Below, piece by piece: positions 13,101 to 28,200 of a stretch of DNA of 64,000 bases (positions are counted from its first letter, which is position 1; every line of letters begins with the position of its first letter). This stretch comes from Auanema rhodensis. Its lineage: Eukaryota > Animalia > Nematoda. Made by a program: the position numbers and the translations under genes. Below the pieces are notes generated by a model that was not told where the DNA came from, made no database searches, and saw only the letters and a list, made by a program, of their open reading frames with translations. Location: positions 310,001 through 374,000 of the forward strand of contig CAXKVF010000072.1 in the NCBI GenBank assembly GCA_964057225.1, written 5' to 3'.

Positions 13101-16100
13101 TTCACGTAAATTTTAAAGTCATGGTTACCATGAACCAATATCAATAAAAATTTGTTTTTAGACTAATATGGACATGGGGAATCTAATTTTGAAAACCGCA
13201 TCTCTTTATCTTTCACGTGAAGCGAGTTACATACCAAGTGCACATCACGTGTACATTTAATTAGCATAAATTAAAGTTCACGTAAATTTCAAAGTCATGG
13301 TTACCATGAACCAATGTCAATAAAAATTTGTTTTTAGACTAATATGGACATGGGGAATCTAATTTTGAAAACCGCATCTCTTTATCTTTCACGTGAAGCG
13401 AGTTACATACCAAGTGCACATCACGTGTACATTTAATTAGCATAAATTAAAGTTCACGTAAATTTCAAAGTCATGGTTACTATGAAGCAATATCAATAAA
13501 AATTTGTTTTTAGACTAATATGGACATGGGGAATCTAATTTTGAAAACCGCATCTCTTTATCTTTCACGTGAAGCGAGTTACATACCAAGTGCACATCAC
13601 GTGTACATTTAATTAGCATAAATTAAAGTTCACGTAAATTTCAAAGTCATGGTTACCATGAACCAATATCAATAAAAATTTGTTTTTAGACTAATATGGA
13701 CATGGGGAATCTAATTTTGAAAACCGCATCTCTTTATCTTTCACGTGAAGCGAGTTACATACCAAGTGCACATCACGTGTACATTTAATTAGCATAAATT
13801 AAAGTTCACGTAAATTTCAAAGTCATGGTTACCATGAAGCAATATCAATAAAAATTTGTTTTTCGACTAATATGGACATGGAGAATCTAATTTTGAAAAC
13901 CGCATTTCTTTATCTTTCACGTGAAGCGAGTTACATACCAAGTGCACATCACGTGTACATTTAATTAGCATAAATTAAAGTTCACGTAAATTTCAAAGTC
14001 ATGGTTACCATGCACCAATATCAATAAAAATTTGTTTTTAGACTAATATGGACATGGGGAATCTAATTTTGAAAACCGCATCTCTTTATCTTTCACGTGA
14101 AGCGAGTTACATACCAAGTGCACATCACGTGTACATTTAATTAGCATAAATTAAAGTTCACGTAAATTTCAAAGTCATGGTTACCATGAAGCAATATCAA
14201 TAAAAATTTGTTTTTAGACTAATATGGACATGGGGAATCTAATTTTGAAAACCGCATCTCTTTATCTTTCACGTGAAGCGAGTTACATACCAAGTGCACA
14301 TCACGTGTACATTTAATTAGCATAAATTAAAGTTCACGTAAATTTTAAAGTCATGGTTACCATGAACCAATATCAATAAAAATTTGTTTTTAGACTAATA
14401 TGGACATGGGGAATCTAATTTTGAAAACCGCATCTCTTTATCTTTCACGTGAAGCGAGTTACATACCAAGTGCACATCACGTGTACATTTAATTAGCATA
14501 AATTAAAGTTCACGTAAATTTCAAAGTCATGGTTACCATGAACCAATATCAATAAAAATTTGTTTTTAGACTAATATGGACATGGGGAATCTAATTTTGA
14601 AAACCGCATCTCTTTATCTTTCACGTGAAGCGAGTTACATACCAAGTGCACATCACGTGTACATTTAATTATCATAAATTAAAGTTCACGTAAATTTCAA
14701 AGTCATGGTTACCATGAACCAATATCAATAAAAATTTGTTTTTAGACTAATATGGACATGGGGAATCTAATTTTGAAAACCGCATCTCTTTATCTTTCAC
14801 GTGAAGCGAGTTACATACCAAGTGCACATCACGTGTACATTTAATTAGCATAAATTAAAGTTCACGTAAATTTCAAAGTCATGGTTACCATGAACCAATA
14901 TCAATAAAAATTTGGTTTTAGACTAATATGGACATGGGGAATCTAATTTTGAAAACCGCATCTCTTTATCTTTCACGTGAAGCGAGTTACATACCAAGTG
15001 CACATCACGTGTACATTTAATTAGCATAAATTAAAGTTCACGTAAATTTCAAAGTCATGGTTACCATGAAGCAATATCAATAAAAATTTGTTTTTAGACT
15101 AATATGGACATGGGGAATCTAATTTTGAAAACCGCATCTCTTTATCTTTCACGTGAAGCGAGTTACATACCAAGTGCACATCACGTGTACATTTAATTAG
15201 CATAAATTAAAGTTCACGTAAATTTCAAAGTCATGGTTACCATGAACCAATATCAATAAAAATTTGTTTTTAGACTAATATGGACATGGGGAATCTAATT
15301 TTGAAAACCGCATCTCTTTATCTTTCACGTGAAGCGAGTTACATACCAAGTGCACATCACGTGTACATTTAATTATCATAAATTAAAGTTCACGTAAATT
15401 TCAAAGTCATGGTTACCATGAACCAATATCAATAAAAATTTGTTTTTAGACTAATATGGACATGGGGAATCTAATTTTGAAAACCGCATCTCTTTATCTT
15501 TCACGTGAAGCGAGTTACATACCAAGTGCACATCACGTGTACATTTAATTAGCATAAATTAAAGTTCACGTAAATTTCAAAGTCATGGTTACCATGAACC
15601 AATGTCAATAAAAATTTGTTTTTAGACTAATATGGACATGGGGAATCTAATTTTGAAAACCGCATCTCTTTATCTTTCACGTGAAGCGAGTTACATACCA
15701 AGTGCACATCACGTGTACATTTAATTAGCATAAATTAAAGTTCACGTAAATTTCAAAGTCATGGTTACCATGAACCAATATCAATAAAAATTTGTTTTTA
15801 GACTAATATGGACATGGGGAATCTAATTTTGAAAACCGCATCTCTTTATCTTTCACGTGAAGCGAGTTACATACCAAGTGCACATCACGTGTACATTTAA
15901 TTAGCATAAATTAAAGTTCACGTAAATTTCAAAGTCATGGTTACCATGAACCAATATCAATAAAAATTTGTTTTTAGACTAATATGGACATGGGGAATCT
16001 AATTTTGAAAACCGCATCTCTTTATCTTTCACGTGAAGCGAGTTACATACCAAGTGCACATCACGTGTACATTTAATTAGCATAAATTAAAGTTCACGTA

Positions 16101-16290
16101 AATTTCAAAGTCATGGTTACCATGAACCAATGTCAATAAAAATTTGTTTTTAGACTAATATGGACATGGGGAATCTAATTTTGAAAACCGCATCTCTTTA
16201 TCTTTCACGTGAAGCGAGTTACATACCAAGTGCACATCACGTGTACATTTAATTAGCATAAATTAAAGTTCACGTAAATTTCAAAGTCAT
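10200..16290 (+). repeat. Higher-order duplicate of window 1-~6090 (offset 10,199 bp = 58 monomers minus 9 bp)
   Basis: Rare variants match in order at a constant offset: 1771/11970, 2433/12632, 2772/12971, 3665/13864, 4473/14672, 4716/14915, 5933/16132. Confidence 0.9.
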
Positions 16291-19200
16291 GGTTACTATG
16301 AAGCAATATCAATAAAAATTTGTTTTTAGACTAATATGGACATGGGGAATCTAATTTTGAAAACCGCATCTCTTTATCTTTCACGTGAAGCGAGTTACAT
16401 ACCAAGTGCACATCACGTGTACATTTAATTAGCATAAATTAAAGTTCACGTAAATTTCAAAGTCATGGTTACCATGCACCAATATCAATAAAAATTTGTT
16501 TTTAGACTAATATGGACATGGGGAATCTAATTTTGAAAACCGCATCTCTTTATCTTTCACGTGAAGCGAGTTACATACCAAGTGCACATCACGTGTACAT
16601 TTAATTAGTATAAATTAAAGTTCACGTAAATTTCAAAGTCATGGTTACTATGAAGCAATATCAATAAAAATTTGTTTTTAGACTAATATGGACATGGGGA
16701 ATCTAATTTTGAAAACCGCATCTCTTTATCTTTCACGTGAAGCGAGTTACATACCAAGTGCACATCACGTGTACATTTAATTAGCATAAATTAAAGTTCA
16801 CGTAAATTTCAAAGTCATGGTTACCATGCACCAATATCAATAAAAATTTGTTTTTAGACTAATATGGACATGGGGAATCTAATTTTGAAAACCGCATCTC
16901 TTTATCTTTCACGTGAAGCGAGTTACATACCAAGTGCACATCACGTGTACATTTAATTAGCATAAATTAAAGTTCACGTAAATTTCAAAGTCATGGTTAC
17001 CATGAAGCAATATCAATAAAAATTTGTTTTTAGACTAATATGGACATGGGGAATCTAATTTTGAAAACCGCATCTCTTTATCTTTCACGTGAAGCGAGTT
17101 ACATACCAAGTGCACATCACGTGTACATTTAATTATCATAAATTAAAGTTCACGTAAATTTTAAAGTCATGGTTACCATGAACCAATATCAATAAAAATT
17201 TGTTTTTAGACTAATATGGACATGGGGAATCTAATTTTGAAAACCGCATCTCTTTATCTTTCACGTGAAGCGAGTTACATACCAAGTGCACATCACGTGT
17301 ACATTTAATTAGCATAAATTAAAGTTCACGTAAATTTCAAAGTCATGGTTACCATGAACCAATATCAATAAAAATTTGTTTTTAGACTAATATGGACATG
17401 GGGAATCTAATTTTGAAAACCGCATCTCTTTATCTTTCACGTGAAGCGAGTTACATACCAAGTGCACATCACGTGTACATTTAATTATCATAAATTAAAG
17501 TTCACGTAAATTTCAAAGTCATGGTTACCATGAACCAATATCAATAAAAATTTGTTTTTAGACTAATATGGACATGGGGAATCTAATTTTGAAAACCGCA
17601 TCTCTTTATCTTTCACGTGAAGCGAGTTACATACCAAGTGCACATCACGTGTACATTTAATTAGCATAAATTAAAGTTCACGTAAATTTCAAAGTCATGG
17701 TTACCATGAACCAATATCAATAAAAATTTGTTTTTAGACTAATATGGACATGGGGAATCTAATTTTGAAAACCGCATCTCTTTATCTTTCACGTGAAGCG
17801 AGTTACATACCAAGTGCACATCACGTGTACATTTAATTAGCATAAATTAAAGTTCACGTAAATTTCAAAGTCATGGTTACCATGAAGCAATATCAATAAA
17901 AATTTGTTTTTAGACTAATATGGACATGGGGAATCTAATTTTGAAAACCGCATCTCTTTATCTTTCACGTGAAGCGAGTTACATACCAAGTGCACATCAC
18001 GTGTACATTTAATTAGCATAAATTAAAGTTCACGTAAATTTCAAAGTCATGGTTACCATGAACCAATATCAATAAAAATTTGTTTTTAGACTAATATGGA
18101 CATGGGGAATCTAATTTTGAAAACCGCATCTCTTTATCTTTCACGTGAAGCGAGTTACATACCAAGTGCACATCACGTGTACATTTAATTATCATAAATT
18201 AAAGTTCACGTAAATTTCAAAGTCATGGTTACCATGAACCAATATCAATAAAAATTTGTTTTTAGACTAATATGGACATGGGGAATCTAATTTTGAAAAC
18301 CGCATCTCTTTATCTTTCACGTGAAGCGAGTTACATACCAAGTGCACATCACGTGTACATTTAATTAGCATAAATTAAAGTTCACGTAAATTTCAAAGTC
18401 ATGGTTACCATGAACCAATATCAATAAAAATTTGTTTTTAGACTAATATGGACATGGGGAATCTAATTTTGAAAACCGCATCTCTTTATCTTTCACGTGA
18501 AGCGAGTTACATACCAAGTGCACATCACGTGTACATTTAATTAGCATAAATTAAAGTTCACGTAAATTTCAAAGTCATGGTTACCATGAACCAATGTCAA
18601 TAAAAATTTGTTTTTAGACTAATATGGACATGGGGAATCTAATTTTGAAAACCGCATCTCTTTATCTTTCACGTGAAGCGAGTTACATACCAAGTGCACA
18701 TCACGTGTACATTTAATTAGCATAAATTAAAGTTCACGTAAATTTCAAAGTCATGGTTACTATGAAGCAATATCAATAAAAATTTGTTTTTAGACTAATA
18801 TGGACATGGGGAATCTAATTTTGAAAACCGCATCTCTTTATCTTTCACGTGAAGCGAGTTACATACCAAGTGCACATCACGTGTACATTTAATTAGCATA
18901 AATTAAAGTTCACGTAAATTTCAAAGTCATGGTTACCATGCACCAATATCAATAAAAATTTGTTTTTAGACTAATATGGACATGGGGAATCTAATTTTGA
19001 AAACCGCATCTCTTTATCTTTCACGTGAAGCGAGTTACATACCAAGTGCACATCACGTGTACATTTAATTAGCATAAATTAAAGTTCACGTAAATTTCAA
19101 AGTCATGGTTACCATGCACCAATATCAATAAAAATTTGTTTTTAGACTAATATGGACATGGGGAATCTAATTTTGAAAACCGCATCTCTTTATCTTTCAC

Positions 19201-22200
19201 GTGAAGCGAGTTACATACCAAGTGCACATCACGTGTACATTTAATTAGCATAAATTAAAGTTCACGTAAATTTCAAAGTCATGGTTACCATGAACCAATA
19301 TCAATAAAAATTTGTTTTTAGACTAATATGGACATGGGGAATCTAATTTTGAAAACCGCATCTCTTTATCTTTCACGTGAAGCGAGTTACATACCAAGTG
19401 CACATCACGTGTACATTTAATTAGCATAAATTAAAGTTCACGTAAATTTCAAAGTCATGGTTACCATGCACCAATATCAATAAAAATTTGTTTTTAGACT
19501 AATATGGACATGGGGAATCTAATTTTGAAAACCGCATCTCTTTATCTTTCACGTGAAGCGAGTTACATACCAAGTGCACATCACGTGTACATTTAATTAG
19601 CATAAATTAAAGTTCACGTAAATTTCAAAGTCATGGTTACCTTGCACCAATATCAATAAAAATTTGTTTTTAGACTAATATGGACATGGGGAATCTAATT
19701 TTGAAAACCGCATCTCTTTATCTTTCACGTGAAGCGAGTTACATACCAAGTGCACATCACGTGTACATTTAATTAGCATAAATTAAAGTTCACGTAAATT
19801 TCAAAGTCATGGTTACCATGAACCAATATCAATAAAAATTTGTTTTTAGACTAATATGGACATGGGGAATCTAATTTTGAAAACCGCATCTCTTCATCTT
19901 TCACGTGAAGCGAGTTACATACCAAGTGCACATCACGTGTACATTTAATTAGCATAAATTAAAGTTCACGTAAATTTCAAAGTCATGGTTACCATGCACC
20001 AATATCAATAAAAATTTGTTTTTAGACTAATATGGACATGGGGAATCTAATTTTGAAAACCGCATCTCTTTATCTTTCACGTGAAGCGAGTTACATACCA
20101 AGTGCACATCACGTGTACATTTAATTAGCATAAATTAAAGTTCACGTAAAATTCAAAGTCATGGTTACCATGAACCAATATCAATAAAAATTTGTTTTTA
20201 GACTAATATGGACATGGGGAATCTAATTTTGAAAACCGCATCTCTTTATCTTTCACGTGAAGCGAGTTACATACCAAGTGCACATCACGTGTACATTTAA
20301 TTAGCATAAATTAAAGTTCACGTAAAATTCAAAGTCATGGTTACCATGCACCAATATCAATAAAAATTTGTTTTTAGACTAATATGCACATGGGGAATCT
20401 AATTTTGAAAACCGCATCTCTTTATCTTTCACGTGAAGCGAGTTACATACCAAGTGCACATCACGTGTACATTTAATTAGCATAAATTAAAGTTCACGTA
20501 AATTTCAAAGTCATGGTTACCATGCACCAATATCAATAAAAATTTGTTTTTAGACTAATATGGACATGGGGAATCTAATTTTGAAAACCGCATCTCTTTA
20601 TCTTTCACGTGAAGCGAGTTACATACCAAGTGCACATCACGTGTACATTTAATTAGCATAAATTAAAGTTCACGTAAATTTCAAAGTCATGGTTACCTTG
20701 CACCAATATCAATAAAAATTTGTTTTTAGACTAATATGGACATGGGGAATCTAATTTTGAAAACCGCATCTCTTTATCTTTCACGTGAAGCGAGTTACAT
20801 ACCAAGTGCACATCACGTGTACATTTAATTAGCATAAATTAAAGTTCACGTAAATTTCAAAGTCATGGTTACCATGAACCAATATCAATAAAAATTTGTT
20901 TTTAGACTAATATGGACATGGGGAATCTAATTTTGAAAACCGCATCTCTTCATCTTTCACGTGAAGCGAGTTACATACCAAGTGCACATCACGTGTACAT
21001 TTAATTAGCATAAATTAAAGTTCACGTAAATTTCAAAGTCATGGTTACCATGCACCAATATCAATAAAAATTTGTTTTTAGACTAATATGGACATGGGGA
21101 ATCTAATTTTGAAAACCGCATCTCTTTATCTTTCACGTGAAGCGAGTTACATACCAAGTGCACATCACGTGTACATTTAATTAGCATAAATTAAAGTTCA
21201 CGTAAAATTCAAAGTCATGGTTACCATGAACCAATATCAATAAAAATTTGTTTTTAGACTAATATGGACATGGGGAATCTAATTTTGAAAACCGCATCTC
21301 TTTATCTTTCACGTGAAGCGAGTTACATACCAAGTGCACATCACGTGTACATTTAATTAGCATAAATTAAAGTTCACGTAAAATTCAAAGTCATGGTTAC
21401 CATGCACCAATATCAATAAAAATTTGTTTTTAGACTAATATGCACATGGGGAATCTAATTTTGAAAACCGCATCTCTTTATCTTTCACGTGAAGCGAGTT
21501 ACATACCAAGTGCACATCACGTGTACATTTAATTAGCATAAATTAAAGTTCACGTAAATTTCAAAGTCATGGTTACCATGCACCAATATCAATAAAAATT
21601 TGTTTTTAGACTAATATGGACATGGGGAATCTAATTTTGAAAACCGCATCTCTTTATCTTTCACGTGAAGCGAGTTACATACCAAGTGCACATCACGTGT
21701 ACATTTAATTAGCATAAATTAAAGTTCACGTAAATTTCAAAGTCATGGTTACCATGTACCAATATCAATAAAAATTTGTTTTTAGACTAATATGGACATG
21801 AGGAATCTAATTTTGAAAACCGCATCTCTTTATCTTTCACGTGAAGCGAGTTACATACCAAGTGCACATCACGTGTACATTTAATTAGCATAAATTAAAG
21901 TTCACGTAAATTTCAAAGTCATGGTTACCATGAACCAATATCAATAAAAATTTGTTTTTAGACTAATATGGACATGTTGAATCTAATTTTGAAAACCGCA
22001 TCTCTTTATCTTTCACGTGAAGCGAGTTACATACCAAGTGCACATCACGTGTACATTTAATTAGCATAAATTAAAGTTCACGTAAATTTCAAAGTCATGG
22101 TTACCATGAAGCAATATCAATAAAAATTTGTTTTTAGACTAATATGGACATGGGGAATCTAATTTTGAAAACCGCTTCTCTTTATCTTTCACGTGAAGCG

Positions 22201-25200
22201 AGTTACATACCAAGTGCACATCACGTGTACATTTAATTAGCATAAATTAAAGTTCACGTAAATTTCAAAGTCATGGTTACCATGAAGCAATATCAATAAA
22301 AATTTGTTTTTAGACTAATATGGACATGAAGAATCTAATTTTGAAAACCGCATCTCTTTATCTTTCACGTGAAGCGAGTTACATACCAAGTGCACATCAC
22401 GTGTACATTTAATTAGCATAAATTAAAGTTCACGTAAATTTCAAAGTCATGGTTACCATGAACCAATATCAATAAAAATTTGTTTTTAGACTAATATGGA
22501 CATGGGGAATCTAATTTTGAAAACCGCATCTCTTTATCTTTCACGTGAAGCGAGTTACATACCAAGTGCACATCACGTGTACATTTAATTAGCATAAATT
22601 AAAGTTCACGTAAATTTCAAAGTCATGGTTACCATGAACCAATATCAATAAAAATTTGTTTTTAGACTAATATGGACATGGGTAATCTAATTTTGAAAAC
22701 CGCATCTCTTTATCTTTCACGTGAAGCGAGTTACATACCAAGTGCACATCACGTGTACATTTAATTAGCATAAATTAAAGTTCACGTAAATTTCAAAGTC
22801 ATGGTTACCATGCACCAATATCAATAAAAATTTGTTTTTAGACTAATATGGACATGGGGAATCTAATTTTGAAAACCGCATCTCTTTATCTTTCACGTGA
22901 AGCGAGTTACATACCAAGTGCACATCACGTGTACATTTAATTAGCATAAATTAAAGTTCACGTAAATTTCAAAGTTATGGTTACCATGCACCAATATCAA
23001 TAAAAATTTGTTTTTAGACTAATATGGACATGGGGAATCTAATTTTGAAAACCGCATCTCTTTATCTTTCACGTGAAGCGAGTTACATACCAAGTGCACA
23101 TCACGTGTACATTTAATTAGCATAAATTAAAGTTCACGTAAATTTCAAAGTCATAGTTACCATGAACCAATATCAATAAAAATTTGTTTTTAGACTAATA
23201 TGGACATGGGGAATCTAATTTTGAAAACCGCATCTCTTTATCTTTCACGTGAAGCGAGTTACATACCAAGTACACATCACGTGTACATTTAATTAGCATA
23301 AATTAAAGTTCACGTAAATTTCAAAGTCATGGTTACCATGAACCAATATCAATAAAAATTTGTTTTTAGACTAATATGCACATGGGGAATCTAATTTTGA
23401 AAACCGCATCTCTTTATCTTTCACGTGAAGCGAGTTACATACCAAGTGCACATCACGTGTACATTTAATTAGCATAAATTAAAGTTCACGTAAATTTCAA
23501 AGTCATGGTTACCATGAACCAATATCAATAAAAATTTGTTTTTAGACTAATATGGACATGGGGAATCTAATTTTGAAAACCGCATCTCTTTATCTTTCAC
23601 GTGAAGCGAGTTACATACCAAGTGCACATCACGTGTACATTTAATTAGCATAAATTAAAGTTCACGTAAATTTCAAAGTCATGGTTACCATGAAGCAATA
23701 TCAATAAAAATTTGTTTTTAGACTAATATGGACATGGGGAATCTAATTTTGAAAACCGCTTCTCTTTATCTTTCACGTGAAGCGAGTTACATACCAAGTG
23801 CACATCACGTGTACATTTAATTAGCATAAATTAAAGTTCACGTAAATTTCAAAGTCATGGTTACCATGAACCAATATCAATAAAAATTTGTTTTTAGACT
23901 AATATGGACATGGGTAATCTAATTTTGAAAACCGCATCTCTTTATCTTTCACGTGAAGCGAGTTACATACCAAGTGCACATCACGTGTACATTTAATTAG
24001 CATAAATTAAAGTTCACGTAAATTTCAAAGTCATTGTTACCATGCACCAATATCAATAAAAATTTGTTTTTAGACTAATATGGACATGGGGAATCTAATT
24101 TTGAAAACCGCATCTCTTTATCTTTCACGTGAAGCGAGTTACATACCAAGTGCACATCACGTGTACATTTAATTAGCATAAATTAAAGTTCACGTAAATT
24201 TCAAAGTCATGGTTACCATGAACCAATATCAATAAAAATTTGTTTTTAGACTAATATGGACATGGGTAATCTAATTTTGAAAACCGCATCTCTTTATCTT
24301 TCACGTGAAGCGAGTTACATACCAAGTGCACATCACGTGTACATTTAATTAGCATAAATTAAAGTTCACGTAAATTTCAAAGTCATGGTTACCATGAACC
24401 AATATCAATAAAAATTTGTTTTTAGACTAATATGGACATGGGGAATCTAATTTTGAAAACCGCATCTCTTTATCTTTCACGTGAAGCGAGTTACATACCA
24501 AGTGCACATCACGTGTACATTTAATTAGCATAAATTAAAGTTCACGTAAATTTCAAAGTCATGGTTACCATGAAGCAATATCAATAAAAATTTGTTTTTA
24601 GACTAATATGGACATGGGGAATCTAATTTTGAAAACCGCTTCTCTTTATCTTTCACGTGAAGCGAGTTACATACCAAGTGCACATCACGTGTACATTTAA
24701 TTAGCATAAATTAAAGTTCACGTAAATTTCAAAGTTATGGTTACCATGCACCAATATCAATAAAAATTTGTTTTTAGACTAATATGGACATGGGTAATCT
24801 AATTTTGAAAACCGCATCTCTTTATCTTTCACGTGAAGCGAGTTACATACCAAGTGCACATCACGTGTACATTTAATTAGCATAAATTAAAGTTCACGTA
24901 AATTTCAAAGTCATTGTTACCATGCACCAATATCAATAAAAATTTGTTTTTAGACTAATATGGACATGGGGAATCTAATTTTGAAAACCGCATCTCTTTA
25001 TCTTTCACGTGAAGCGAGTTACATACCAAGTGCACATCACGTGTACATTTAATTAGCATAAATTAAAGTTCACGTAAATTTCAAAGTCATGGTTACCTTG
25101 AACCAATATCAATAAAAATTTGTTTTTAGACTAATATGGACATGGGGAATCTAATTTTGAAAACCGCATCTCTTTATCTTTCACGTGAAGCGAGTTACAT

Positions 25201-28200
25201 ACCAAGTGCACATCACGTGTACATTTAATTAGCATAAATTAAAGTTCACGTAAATTTCAAAGTCATGGTTACCATGAACCAATATCAATAAAAATTTGTT
25301 TTTAGACTAATATGGACATGGGGAATCTAATTTTGAAAACCGCATCTCTTTATCTTTCACGTGAAGCGAGTTACATACCAAGTGCACATCACGTGTACAT
25401 TTAATTAGCATAAATTAAAGTTCACGTAAATTTCAAAGTCATGGTTACCATGAACCAATATCAATAAAAATTTGTTTTTAGACTAATATGGACATGGGGA
25501 ATCTAATTTTGAAAACCGCATCTCTTTATCTTTCACGTGAAGCGAGTTACATACCAAGTGCACATCACGTGTACATTTAATTAGCATAAATTAAAGTTCA
25601 CGTAAATTTCAAAGTCATAGTTACCATGAACCAATATCAATAAAAATTTGTTTTTAGACTAATATGGACATGGGGAATCTAATTTTGAAAACCGCATCTC
25701 TTTATCTTTCACGTGAAGCGAGTTACATACCAAGTACACATCACGTGTACATTTAATTAGCATAAATTAAAGTTCACGTAAATTTCAAAGTCATGGTTAC
25801 CATGAACCAATATCAATAAAAATTTGTTTTTAGACTAATATGCACATGGGGAATCTAATTTTGAAAACCGCATCTCTTTATCTTTCACGTGAAGCGAGTT
25901 ACATACCAAGTGCACATCACGTGTACATTTAATTAGCATAAATTAAAGTTCACGTAAATTTCAAAGTCATGGTTACCATGAACCAATATCAATAAAAATT
26001 TGTTTTTAGACTAATATGGACATGGGGAATCTAATTTTGAAAACCGCATCTCTTTATCTTTCACGTGAAGCGAGTTACATACCAAGTGCACATCACGTGT
26101 ACATTTAATTAGCATAAATTAAAGTTCACGTAAATTTCAAAGTCATGGTTACCATGAAGCAATATCAATAAAAATTTGTTTTTAGACTAATATGGACATG
26201 GGGAATCTAATTTTGAAAACCGCTTCTCTTTATCTTTCACGTGAAGCGAGTTACATACCAAGTGCACATCACGTGTACATTTAATTAGCATAAATTAAAG
26301 TTCACGTAAATTTCAAAGTCATGGTTACCATGAACCAATATCAATAAAAATTTGTTTTTAGACTAATATGGACATGGGTAATCTAATTTTGAAAACCGCA
26401 TCTCTTTATCTTTCACGTGAAGCGAGTTACATACCAAGTGCACATCACGTGTACATTTAATTAGCATAAATTAAAGTTCACGTAAATTTCAAAGTCATTG
26501 TTACCATGCACCAATATCAATAAAAATTTGTTTTTAGACTAATATGGACATGGGGAATCTAATTTTGAAAACCGCATCTCTTTATCTTTCACGTGAAGCG
26601 AGTTACATACCAAGTGCACATCACGTGTACATTTAATTAGCATAAATTAAAGTTCACGTAAATTTCAAAGTCATGGTTACCTTGAACCAATATCAATAAA
26701 AATTTGTTTTTAGACTAATATGGACATGGGGAATCTAATTTTGAAAACCGCATCTCTTTATCTTTCACGTGAAGCGAGTTACATACCAAGTGCACATCAC
26801 GTGTACATTTAATTAGCATAAATTAAAGTTCACGTAAATTTCAAAGTCATGGTTACCATGAACCAATATCAATAAAAATTTGTTTTTAGACTAATATGGA
26901 CATGGGGAATCTAATTTTGAAAACCGCATCTCTTTATCTTTCACGTGAAGCGAGTTACATACCAAGTGCACATCACGTGTACATTTAATTAGCATAAATT
27001 AAAGTTCACGTAAATTTCAAAGTCATGGTTACCATGAACCAATATCAATAAAAATTTGTTTTTAGACTAATATGGACATGGGTAATCTAATTTTGAAAAC
27101 CGCATCTCTTTATCTTTCACGTGAAGCGAGTTACATACCAAGTGCACATCACGTGTACATTTAATTAGCATAAATTAAAGTTCACGTAAATTTCAAAGTC
27201 ATGGTTACCATGCACCAATATCAATAAAAATTTGTTTTTAGACTAATATGGACATGGGGAATCTAATTTTGAAAACCGCATCTCTTTATCTTTCACGTGA
27301 AGCGAGTTACATACCAAGTGCACATCACGTGTACATTTAATTAGCATAAATTAAAGTTCACGTAAATTTCAAAGTCATGGTTACCATGAACCAATATCAA
27401 TAAAAATTTGTTTTTAGACTAATATGGACATGGGGAATCTAATTTTGAAAACCGCATCTCTTTATCTTTCACGTGAAGCGAGTTACATACCAAGTGCACA
27501 TCACGTGTACATTTAATTAGCATAAATTAAAGTTCACGTAAATTTCAAAGTCATGGTTACCATGCACCAATATCAATAAAAATTTGTTTTTAGACTAATA
27601 TGGACATGGGGAATCTAATTTTGAAAACCGCATCTCTTTATCTTTCACGTGAAGCGAGTTACATACCAAGTGCACATCACGTGTACATTTAATTAGCATA
27701 AATTAAAGTTCACGTAAAATTCAAAGTCATGGTTACCATGCACCAATATCAATAAAAATTTGTTTTTAGACTAATATGGACATGGGGAATCTAATTTTGA
27801 AAACCGCATCTCTTTATCTTTCACGTGAAGCGAGTTACATACCAAGTGCACATCACGTGTACATTTAATTAGCATAAATTAAAGTTCACGTAAATTTCAA
27901 AGTCATGGTTACCATGAACCAATATCAATAAAAATTTGTTTTTAGACTAATATGGACATGGGGAATCTAATTTTGAAAACCGCATCTCTTTATCTTTCAC
28001 GTGAAGCGAGTTACATACCAAGTGCACATCACGTGTACATTTAATTAGCATAAATTAAAGTTCACGTAAATTTCAAAGTCATGGTTACCATGAACCAATA
28101 TCAATAAAAATTTGTTTTTAGACTAATATGGACATGGGGAATCTAATTTTGAAAACCGCATCTCTTTATCTTTCACGTGAAGCGAGTTACATACCAAGTG

